Shown: positions 14,025 through 21,480 of the stretch, piece by piece
How the letters are laid out: each line of letters begins with the position of its first letter
How positions within the stretch are numbered: position 1 is the stretch's first letter
Origin: Acidimicrobiia bacterium
GTDB lineage: Bacteria > Actinomycetota > Acidimicrobiia > IMCC26256 > Chersky-534
Length of the DNA stretch: 40,806 bases
Direction: 5' to 3'
Assembly (NCBI GenBank): GCA_017882925.1
Contig: JADGOM010000026.1
Span: forward strand, 1 to 40,806
Translations under genes and position numbers: made by a program
Notes under the pieces: generated by a model
What the model saw: only the letters and a program-made list of their open reading frames with translations
Told to the model about the DNA's origin: nothing
Databases searched by the model: none

Positions 14025-14064
14025 TCGTCGCGTCCGGGCGGGGTCGTGACCGGACCGAGCCCGA

Positions 14065-14970
14065 TCAGGCGGGTTCCACGCCGCGGGCGACCGTGGTCCC
14101 GACGTGGGCGACCAGCCCGAGCTCCTGCGTGACCCGGGCCCGGGCGGCCTCCGCCTCGCCCGCGTCCTCGAACCACGCCCAGAGCGAGGAGCCGCTCCCG
14201 GCGAGCAGGAACAGCCGGCCCGCGACCCGCTCGACGTCGGCGCGGACGGCGTCGAGCCGGGGCTCGACCTCGGCGGCCGCCGGCTCGAGGTCGTTGGCGA
14301 GGTGCGGCACGAGATGGGCGACCGCCGGCGGCGCGGGCAGCGTGCGGTTCGAGGTTGGGCCGCCGAGCCGGTCCCAGGCGCCGTAGACGCTCGGCGTGGC
14401 GATCCGGAACGGAGGGACCACGGTGACGACGGTGACCGGCCCGTCGAGCTCCACCGGGTCGAGGCGCTCGCCCCGCCCCCGCATCCACGCCGCGCCGCCC
14501 TCGACGCAGAACGGCACGTCGGAGCCGAGCTCCGCGGCCACGGCGAGGAGATCGGCCGGGCCGACGGGGGCCGCGCCGGTGGCCGCTTCGTCCAGCAGCG
14601 ACCGGAGCGCGACGAGGGCGGCGGCCGCGTCGGCCGAGCCGCCGCCGAGCCCGCCGCCCGCGGGGATGTCCTTGTGCAGCCCGATGCGCACGTCGAGGTG
14701 GACGCCGGCGCGGTCGAACAGCGCGCGTGCCGCACGCGCGACGAGGTTGGTGTCGTCGGCGGGCACGAACGCGGTGGACCCGGTGACGCTCACGGTGACA
14801 CGGGTGCCGGGCCCGGCCGACACCACGTCGAGCGTGTCGTGCGGCACCGACACCGAGACCGTGAGCGCTTCGAGCTCGTGAAAGCCGTCCGGCCGGGTTC
14901 CCAACACGCGCAGCGTGAGCGTGAGCTTGGCGTTGGCGCGCACGCGCACCGGCTCGGGGTGATGCGTCAT
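14065..14970 (-). CDS. ispE: 4-diphosphocytidyl-2-C-methyl-D-erythritol kinase
   Basis: ANAKLTLTL, RPDGFHEL, KDIPAGGGLGGGSADAAA, LGSDVPF, NDLE, GSGSS; ATGA overlap with rsmA stop. Confidence 0.95.
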   Translation of the reverse strand: MTHHPEPVRVRANAKLTLTLRVLGTRPDGFHELEALTVSVSVPHDTLDVVSAGPGTRVTVSVTGSTAFVPADDTNLVARAARALFDRAGVHLDVRIGLHKDIPAGGGLGGGSADAAAALVALRSLLDEAATGAAPVGPADLLAVAAELGSDVPFCVEGGAAWMRGRGERLDPVELDGPVTVVTVVPPFRIATPSVYGAWDRLGGPTSNRTLPAPPAVAHLVPHLANDLEPAAAEVEPRLDAVRADVERVAGRLFLLAGSGSSLWAWFEDAGEAEAARARVTQELGLVAHVGTTVARGVEPA

Positions 14971-15800
14971 GGGGCCTCGACCCTCGCGAGCGCGGCCCAC
15001 TCGTCGAGGCCGAGGGTCTCGGCGCGCGCCCGCGGGTCGATCCCGGCCGCGGTCAACGTGTCGGCCGCGCCGTCGCCCAGCACCGCCTTGAGCGCCTGCC
15101 GCAACGTCTTGCGGCGTTGGGCGAAGCCGGCCCGCACGAGCACGAACATCCGGTCGACGGACGGCACGTCCACCGACGGGGCCGACCGCCGTTCGAGCGC
15201 GACCAGCGCGCTCTCGACCTTGGGCGCGGGCATGAACACCGTCGGGGGGACCGTGCCGACGACCTTCGCGGTCGCGTAGTACGCCACCTTCACGCTCATC
15301 GCTCCGTACGCCTCGCTGTTGACCGCCGCGGCCATCCGCTCACCGACCTCACGCTGCACCATCACGAGCATCCGCGTCACCGTCGGCGCGTGCTCGAGCA
15401 GGCGTACGACGACCGGGGTGGCGACGTTGTAGGGCAGGTTGGACACCGCGCGCCACGACGGGGCGTCGGCGAGGAGCGCGCCGAGGTCGATCTCGAGCGC
15501 ATCGCCCTGGGTGATGTCGACCATCGGATCGTCGCCGACCACGGCCCGCAGCACGGGGACGAGGTGGCGGTCGAGCTCGAGCGCCCGCACGTGCACGCCG
15601 GTCTCGCGCAGCGCGAGCGTCAGCGAGCCGATCCCGGGCCCGATCTCCAGCACGTCGTCGCCGGGCTCCAGCCGGGCGAGGCGGACGATGCGCCGCGCGG
15701 TGTTGCCGTCGGCCAGGAAGTTCTGCCCCAGCGCGCGGCTCGGGCGCACGTCGTGCTCGCGCAGCAGGGCGTTGATGGACCCCGGCGTGAGCAGCGGCAT
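14967..15800 (-). CDS. rsmA: 16S rRNA adenine dimethyltransferase
   Basis: LGQNFL, VLEIGPGIGSLT, NLPYNVATP, MVQREV, FAQRRKTL, RAETL motifs. Confidence 0.97.
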   Translation of the reverse strand: MPLLTPGSINALLREHDVRPSRALGQNFLADGNTARRIVRLARLEPGDDVLEIGPGIGSLTLALRETGVHVRALELDRHLVPVLRAVVGDDPMVDITQGDALEIDLGALLADAPSWRAVSNLPYNVATPVVVRLLEHAPTVTRMLVMVQREVGERMAAAVNSEAYGAMSVKVAYYATAKVVGTVPPTVFMPAPKVESALVALERRSAPSVDVPSVDRMFVLVRAGFAQRRKTLRQALKAVLGDGAADTLTAAGIDPRARAETLGLDEWAALARVEAP

Positions 15801-15875
15801 CGGGCGACGCTACCCCTCAGGTCCCGCGCCGGTGGCCGGTCGCGGCGCACCGCCGTCAACCCCGGATGCGGTTCC

Positions 15876-17402
15876 TCACCAGGTGAGCGTGACCGACGCG
15901 ACGCCCTGCGACCGGCTCGCGATCTTGTCGAACGTGTCGGGTGAGAGGTCGATGATGCGGCCCGCGGCGTATGGTCCGCGGTCGGCGACCACGCAGGTGG
16001 TGGACCGGCCGTTGGCCGTGTTGGTGACCGTGACCACGGTGCCCATGGCGATCGTCTTGTGCGCGCACGTCCCCGGGGCCGTGGCGTAGTAGGTGGCCTG
16101 GCCGCTCTCGGTGTGCCCGGTGCCCGACACCGCGGCGATGCTCGGCGCCCGGGTCGTGGCGGGCGCGGCGGCCACGACGCTGGCCCTGGTGCCGACCGCG
16201 ACGATCTTCGGCTTGGCCGCGAGGGTCACGGTGGTGCCGATCGGGGTCTCGGCAACGACCTGGCCGTCGCGGATCGTCTGCTGGTAGGTGACGGTCTCGG
16301 AGCCGTTGACGCCGTCCTGGAGCACCCGGTACTGGCCCTTGGCCAGCGTCGGGTCGAGCTTCTGCTGCGTGGAGTACGCGATCACGCGGGGCTCGCTGCG
16401 CTGGCCCGCGGCGACCCGGACCACGGTGACGGTACCGCCGACCGGCACCGGCTGATCGGCGGCCGGCGACACCTGGTCCTGCGCGCCGAGCACGATCCCG
16501 TTGTCGGAGAGGAGCTCACCGGTGGTGAGCGCGGTGGTGGCCATCGGCTGCGTACCGCCGTCGGCCACGACCGTGACCGGGCGGCTGCTGCGGAACACGA
16601 CCGGCGCGGTCGGGTCGAGGTTGGGCGTGCTCGCGGCGCCGATCGCGACCAGCGCGGGATCGACCTTCAACTCGGCCCGGAGGGCGGCGAGCGTCGTCGC
16701 GGTGGTCCACACGGCCTGCTGCTTGCCGTCGATGTCGAGCATGACCGGATGTGCGCGCTGCACCTCGATCAGCCCGCGCGCCGGGATCGACGCGTCGAGC
16801 GACGGTTGCACGCGGTCGAAGGGCCCGACCCAGATCTCGGCGTTGGCCAGCGCGTCGCCGACGGTGTCGGCGCTGCCGGTACGTATGCGCTGCCCGTCGA
16901 CGTTGATGTCGACCTCGTGGTGCGTGGGGAGCAGCAGCTTCCAGAGGATGGCCCCGACGATCAGCACGAGTCCGGCGATGATCGTGAGGCGGGTGCGGCG
17001 GCGCTTCGTGCGGGCCCGGCGCTCGGCGGCCCGGCGGCCGCGGCGGTCGGAGGCCCTCACTGCGGGGGCCGCACCGGCCCAGGTGGGGAGCTCGGGGAGC
17101 TCGACGAAGCCGACCAGCGCCGGCTCGACCCTCTCGACCGCCGACGTGCGCTCCTCGGGCTCGATCACGGGCGCGGGGGCGGTGGTGACGGCGCGGGCTT
17201 CCGGCGCGGCGGCGGCCACGACGTCGGCCGGCACGATGATCACGTCGAGGTCGGGCAGCTTGTGCAGGTCGGCCAGCGGCAGCCAGGCCTCCGGCACCGG
17301 CGCCTGTGCACGCGCCGGCGACGGCCGCACCGACCGCAGGGCGTAGTGCCGGGCCGCGACGGCGCGTCGACTCTTCGAGTCACGAAGCGCATGGCGCGCC
17401 AT
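15876..17402 (-). CDS. RpfB/YabE-like membrane-anchored cell-wall protein: DUF348 repeats + G5 + RlpA-like DPBB domain
   Basis: TM helix after an Arg-rich patch, three ubiquitin-like DUF348 repeats (INVDGQ, LDIDGK, VVADGG), G5 domain (DPTLAKGQYRVLQDGVNG...KIVAVGT), C-terminal CAHKT...TNTANGRS...DRGPY...RIIDLS. Between tatD and rsmA. Start uncertain (ATG 17402 or a later GTG). Confidence 0.85.
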   Translation of the reverse strand: MARHALRDSKSRRAVAARHYALRSVRPSPARAQAPVPEAWLPLADLHKLPDLDVIIVPADVVAAAAPEARAVTTAPAPVIEPEERTSAVERVEPALVGFVELPELPTWAGAAPAVRASDRRGRRAAERRARTKRRRTRLTIIAGLVLIVGAILWKLLLPTHHEVDINVDGQRIRTGSADTVGDALANAEIWVGPFDRVQPSLDASIPARGLIEVQRAHPVMLDIDGKQQAVWTTATTLAALRAELKVDPALVAIGAASTPNLDPTAPVVFRSSRPVTVVADGGTQPMATTALTTGELLSDNGIVLGAQDQVSPAADQPVPVGGTVTVVRVAAGQRSEPRVIAYSTQQKLDPTLAKGQYRVLQDGVNGSETVTYQQTIRDGQVVAETPIGTTVTLAAKPKIVAVGTRASVVAAAPATTRAPSIAAVSGTGHTESGQATYYATAPGTCAHKTIAMGTVVTVTNTANGRSTTCVVADRGPYAAGRIIDLSPDTFDKIASRSQGVASVTLTW

Positions 17403-17419
17403 CGGACGTTGTGCCGGCT

Positions 17420-17506
17420 CTGAGATCGGGTCCGCCTCCCGCTCAGGAGCGATGAGTTCCGCTCGCTGCCGGGCTCGAGACCGAACCCGGATTGCCGCGG
17501 ACCGTA
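17420..17506 (-). promoter_or_regulatory. Putative -10 (TACGGT) followed by a structured three-hairpin 5' leader
   Basis: TACGGT at 17506-17501; stems at 17490-17469, 17467-17448 and 17446-17420 read by eye. Confidence 0.45.
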
Positions 17507-17578
17507 GCGACCCTTCGCGGTGCGTCGCAACCTCGTGCCGCACGTGGCGCGGGGCGTACACGGTCTGACCAGCGACGA

Positions 17579-18358
17579 CTACGAAGAGTGAAGGCCGGTG
17601 AGGAGCGATTCCGTCGTGGCGCGCGTCGCGCGCGCGATGACGTCGACCGACTCGCCCATCGCCGCCGCGAGCGCGGCGCCCACGTCGGGGAGATACGCCG
17701 GGCGGTTCTCCCGCCCGCGGTGCGGGACCGGCGCGAGGTACGGCGTGTCGGTCTCGACGAGCACGCGGTCGAGCGGCGCGACCGCGGCCGCGCCGCGCAC
17801 GTCGGCCGCGTTCTTGAACGACACGATGCCGCTGAACGACAAGAACGCCCCCAGATCCAGGGCCATGCGGGCGATCTCCGCGTCGCCCGTGAAGCAGTGG
17901 AAGATCGTGCGCCGGGGCGCGCCCTCGGCGTTCAGAATCGCGAAGGTGTCGTCCCACGCGTCACGCGAGTGGATCACCAGGGGCAGATCGTGCTGGTGCG
18001 CGCGCCGGATCTGGGCCCGGAACGCGGCCTGCTGCACGTCGGCGGGCGAATGCCCGTAGTAGTAGTCGAGCCCACACTCGCCGACCGCGACGACACGCGG
18101 CTGTGCGAGCAGCTCCTCGAGTCCGTCGGCCTCGACGTCCCAGCGCGACGCGTCGTGCGGGTGCAGCCCGACCGCGGCCCACACCTCGGGCCGCCGCTGC
18201 GCAAGCTCGACCGCGGCGTGCGACGACTCGAGATCGGTCCCGACGCACACCAGCACGTCGACCCCCGCCGCGACCGCGCGGTCGACGACGACGTCGGCGT
18301 CCTCGTCCAACCCCGTGAGATGGCAGTGGCTGTCCGCCCACCGAGTCCGTGCGTTCAC
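17579..18358 (-). CDS. tatD: TatD family nuclease
   Basis: DSHCHL, GLHPH, VGECGLDYY, IHSRDA, FHCFTG, ETDTPYLAP motifs; present start lies inside the 47-bp palindrome. Confidence 0.96.
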   Translation of the reverse strand: MNARTRWADSHCHLTGLDEDADVVVDRAVAAGVDVLVCVGTDLESSHAAVELAQRRPEVWAAVGLHPHDASRWDVEADGLEELLAQPRVVAVGECGLDYYYGHSPADVQQAAFRAQIRRAHQHDLPLVIHSRDAWDDTFAILNAEGAPRRTIFHCFTGDAEIARMALDLGAFLSFSGIVSFKNAADVRGAAAVAPLDRVLVETDTPYLAPVPHRGRENRPAYLPDVGAALAAAMGESVDVIARATRATTESLLTGLHSS

Positions 18359-18392
18359 TGACTACCTATTAGGTAGTCAGTGAACGCACGGA
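18346..18392. repeat. Perfect 47-bp palindrome (23-bp arms, 1-nt centre)
   Basis: TCCGTGCGTTCACTGACTACCTA-T-TAGGTAGTCAGTGAACGCACGGA; no mismatches; much lower GC than its surroundings. Confidence 0.97.
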
Positions 18393-18401
18393 GGGTGCGG
18401 G

Positions 18402-19925
18402 TCACGGGGCGTCGACGCGGGGGAAGAGGGCGGTGCCCTTCTCGAGCGGGCTACCGGCGGGGAGGCCGCCCCAGGCCGCGGCGTCGGGGAGGCGGGCGTC
18501 CTCGGGCCGGCCGGGGAGCCCGAGCCGCGACCAGAGGGCCGCGGCCGCGTTCGGGATGAGCGGCGACGCGAGCAGCGTGACCACCCGCAGCGTCTCCAGA
18601 CAGTCGCCGACGACGGCCGCCACCGCGTCGGTGTCGCCGGCCTTCTGCCGCGCCCACGGCTGCTGCTCCTCGATGTAGGCGTTGGCCGCGCCGATCAGCT
18701 CCCACACCGCACCGAAGCCGTCGGAGAAGTTGTACGACTCGAGCTCGACGGTGAGCGTGGTGAACGCCGCCGCGGCAGCCTCCCGCAGCGGGCCGTCGGC
18801 CCGGGTCGCGGGCACGACACCCCCGCAGTAGTTGACCGCCATGTTGAGGACCCGGCTCGCGAGGTTGCCGAAGTTGTTGGCGAGATCCGCGTTGTAGCGG
18901 GCCAGCATCGCCTCGTAGCTGAAGTCGCCGTCGGGCCCGAAGCGCTGGTCGGCGAGGAAGAAGTAGCGGAAGCCGTCGACGCCGAAATCGGCGACGAGGT
19001 CGGCCGGCGCGATCTGGTTGAGCGCGGTCTTGCTCATCTTCTCGCCCCCCACGAGCAGGAAGCCGTGGATCGCCTCGCGGTGCGGGGGCAGCTCACCCGC
19101 CGACATCAGCATCGCGGGCCAGTAGACGGCGTGGAACCGGAGGATGTCCTTGGCCAGCACGTGGTTCACGACCGGCCAGTAGCGGTTGAACTGCTCGACG
19201 TCGGTGCCGTAGCCGATGGCGGTGCAGTAGTTGATGAGCGCGTCGAACCACACGTACGAGACGTGCTTCTCGTCCCACGGGATCGGTACACCCCACGAGA
19301 TCGACGTGCGGGAGACCGAGAAGTCGCGCAGCCCCTGCTTGATGAAGCCGATCGCCTCGTTGCGCTTCCCCGGGGGAACGATCGCGTCGGGAGTGTTCTC
19401 GTAGTACTCGAGCAGGCGGTCCTCGAACCGGGACAGCCTGAAGAAGTAGTTCTCCTCGACGACGAGCTCCACCGGCCGCAGGTGGATCGGGCACAACCCG
19501 TCGACGAGCTCCTCTTCCGTGTAATACGCCTCGCACGACACGCAGTAGCGGCCCTCGTAGGTGCCGAGCTCGATGTCGCCCGCGTCGTAGACCCGCTGGA
19601 GCATCGTCTGCACGGCCAGGTAGTGCCGGGGCTCGGTGGTACGGATGAAGTCGGTGTTCGAGATGTCGAGGAGCTCCCAAGCGTCACGGAAGGTCTGGCT
19701 CACGCGGTCGGCGAACTCGAGCGGGGTGAGACCCTCGCCCTCGGCCGCACGTTGGATCTTGAGGCCGTGTTCGTCGGTGCCGGTGAGGAACACCACGTCG
19801 TCGCCCCAGAGGCGCCGCCACCGGGCCATGGTGTCGGCCGCGATCGTCGAGTAGGCGTGCCCGATATGGGGGGCGGCGTTGACGTAGTAGATCGGCGTCG
19901 TGATGAAGAACGGCTGTCCGGGCAC
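18402..19925 (-). CDS. metG: Methionine--tRNA ligase (short form)
   Basis: ITTPIYYVNAAPHIGH, GTDEHG, CxxC...CPIH knuckle, YVWFDAL, KMSK; no C-terminal tRNA-binding domain. Confidence 0.98.
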   Translation of the reverse strand: MPGQPFFITTPIYYVNAAPHIGHAYSTIAADTMARWRRLWGDDVVFLTGTDEHGLKIQRAAEGEGLTPLEFADRVSQTFRDAWELLDISNTDFIRTTEPRHYLAVQTMLQRVYDAGDIELGTYEGRYCVSCEAYYTEEELVDGLCPIHLRPVELVVEENYFFRLSRFEDRLLEYYENTPDAIVPPGKRNEAIGFIKQGLRDFSVSRTSISWGVPIPWDEKHVSYVWFDALINYCTAIGYGTDVEQFNRYWPVVNHVLAKDILRFHAVYWPAMLMSAGELPPHREAIHGFLLVGGEKMSKTALNQIAPADLVADFGVDGFRYFFLADQRFGPDGDFSYEAMLARYNADLANNFGNLASRVLNMAVNYCGGVVPATRADGPLREAAAAAFTTLTVELESYNFSDGFGAVWELIGAANAYIEEQQPWARQKAGDTDAVAAVVGDCLETLRVVTLLASPLIPNAAAALWSRLGLPGRPEDARLPDAAAWGGLPAGSPLEKGTALFPRVDAP

Positions 19926-19930
19926 GCGCC

Positions 19931-19937
19931 TAGGCTA
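19931..19937. promoter_or_regulatory. Overlapping divergent -10 hexamers for metG and abrB
   Basis: TAGGCTA reads TAGGCT on + (toward abrB) and TAGCCT on - (6 nt before the metG GTG). Confidence 0.55.
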
Positions 19938-19987
19938 ACCAGACGGCATCGACCGCCCCCCGCCGTTTGGCGGGACGAGGAGCTCCC

Positions 19988-20239
19988 GTGAAGTCGCTCG
20001 GCATCGCGCGCAAGGTCGACTCGTTGGGCCGCATCGTCCTCCCGGCGGAGTTGCGCAAGCTCCTCGACATCACCGACGGCGACTTCGTCGAGATCTTCGT
20101 CGACGGCGACCACATCGTCCTCGCGAAGCTCGAGGAGCACTGCGTCTTCTGCGGGGCCATCACCGAGCTGCGCGAGTTCGAGTCGAAGCTCGTCTGCCAG
20201 ACCTGCGTCACCCGCCTCACCGGCACGCCGTCGGCCTAG
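19988..20239 (+). CDS. abrB: AbrB family transition-state regulator with C-terminal CxxC...CxxC
   Basis: MKSLGIARKVDSLGRIVLPAELRKLLDI closely parallels B. subtilis AbrB MKSTGIVRKVDELGRVVIPIELRRTLGI; CVFC...CQTC tail; SD GAGGAG; between rsmI and metG. Confidence 0.9.
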   Translation: MKSLGIARKVDSLGRIVLPAELRKLLDITDGDFVEIFVDGDHIVLAKLEEHCVFCGAITELREFESKLVCQTCVTRLTGTPSA

Positions 20240-21150
20240 CCGCCGAGCGGCCGGTCGAGGGACCCGCGCCCGCGGCCGGTCGAGGGACGCAGCGGGATCA
20301 CGAGGTCGTAGGCGCGGCGCTTCGGGATCCCGAACCGGCGGGCCACCGACGCCGCCGCGTCGCGCCCTGACGCGCCGGCCTCGAGCTCGGTGCGCAGCGC
20401 GCCGACGATGACGTCGTCATCGACCACCACCTCCACGACCGGAGCCGGCGCGATCACGAGCACGTACTCCCCACGCGGCGCGATCGCGCGCACGTGGAGC
20501 GCCGCGTCGGCGAGCGTGCCGCGCCACGTCTCCTCGTGCAGCTTGGTGAGCTCACGCGCCAGCGCCACCCGCCGGTCGCCCGCGCAGACCTCGAGCAGGT
20601 CGCCGAGCGTCGCGGGCACGCGGTGTGGCGACTCGAACATCACGACGGTGCAGTCCGCGGCGGCGATCGCCGCGAGTCGCTCGGCCCGTTCCCGGCCCTT
20701 GCGCGGGAGGAACCCCTCGAACGTGAAGCGCGCCGCGGGCAGGCCAGACAGCGCGAGCGCGGTGAGCACGGAGCTCGGGCCCGGCACGACCTCGACCGGG
20801 AGGCCGGCGTCGACGCACGCGGCCACCAGCCGCTCCCCCGGGTCGGAGATGACGGGCATGCCCGCGTCGCTCACGTAGACGACGGTCTTCCCGGCCGTCA
20901 CCGCGTCGACGACCTCGCGTGCCGACTCGCGCTCGTTGTGCTCGTGGATCGCGACCATCCGGCCCGCGGCCGGGATGCCCTCGTGCGACAGAAGCTTGCG
21001 GGTGCGGCGGGTGTCCTCGGCCGCGAGGACGTCGGCCGTCCGCAACGCCTCGACCGCGCGGGGCGACAGGTCGCCGAGGTTGCCGATCGGCGTCGCGACG
21101 AGGACGAGCCGGCCGGGCGGCACCGCGTCCGAAGGCCTCCGGCCGGTCAC
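20236..21150 (-). CDS. rsmI: 16S rRNA C1402 2'-O-methyltransferase
   Basis: LVATPIGNLGDLSPRA, AEDTR, SDAGMPVISDPG, FEGFLP, ESPHR, RELTKLHEE motifs. Confidence 0.97.
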   Translation of the reverse strand: MTGRRPSDAVPPGRLVLVATPIGNLGDLSPRAVEALRTADVLAAEDTRRTRKLLSHEGIPAAGRMVAIHEHNERESAREVVDAVTAGKTVVYVSDAGMPVISDPGERLVAACVDAGLPVEVVPGPSSVLTALALSGLPAARFTFEGFLPRKGRERAERLAAIAAADCTVVMFESPHRVPATLGDLLEVCAGDRRVALARELTKLHEETWRGTLADAALHVRAIAPRGEYVLVIAPAPVVEVVVDDDVIVGALRTELEAGASGRDAAASVARRFGIPKRRAYDLVIPLRPSTGRGRGSLDRPLGG

Positions 21151-21476
21151 TGCCGCACTTCGAGTGCGTCACCCGCGCGCAGGCTCCACCGGTCGAAGGC
21201 GCCCGCCTGGGCCTCGACGACGAACCGGGTGTGGCGCACGAGCGGCGCGATCCGCCACGGGCGCAGCGTGCACGTCCGCAGGACCCGGCCGTCGCGGTCG
21301 CAGAACGCGACGTCGAGCGGGAAGCGCATCCGGAGCGTGTGGACGTGACGGCAGGGCCGCAGGACGAGCGCGCCCTCGAACGAGTCGCGCCCGAGGAGGC
21401 CCCGCCGGCGTGACCTCCCGGTGTCGGCCACCTCTGCGGCCGCAAGCACGTCGCCGTCGCGCACCAGCCAGGCCAT
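21147..21476 (-). CDS. DUF192 family protein
   Basis: AEVADT..SRRRGLLGR, VHTLRMRFPLDVAF, VVEAQAG pattern. Confidence 0.85.
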   Translation of the reverse strand: MAWLVRDGDVLAAAEVADTGRSRRRGLLGRDSFEGALVLRPCRHVHTLRMRFPLDVAFCDRDGRVLRTCTLRPWRIAPLVRHTRFVVEAQAGAFDRWSLRAGDALEVRQ

Positions 21477-21480
21477 CGGG

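Noticed and set aside
17403-17578. c-di-AMP (ydaO) riboswitch upstream of the Rpf-like gene
   Set aside because: The characteristic GCUGAAUC, GGGG(G)AC and GUCAGCUAAC segments were not found; kept only as an unassigned structured leader.
18346-18392. Palindrome as an ordinary intrinsic terminator, parS or dif site
   Set aside because: No real loop or U-tract, it overlaps the tatD start, and it does not match the parS (TGTTTCACGTGAAACA) or dif consensus.
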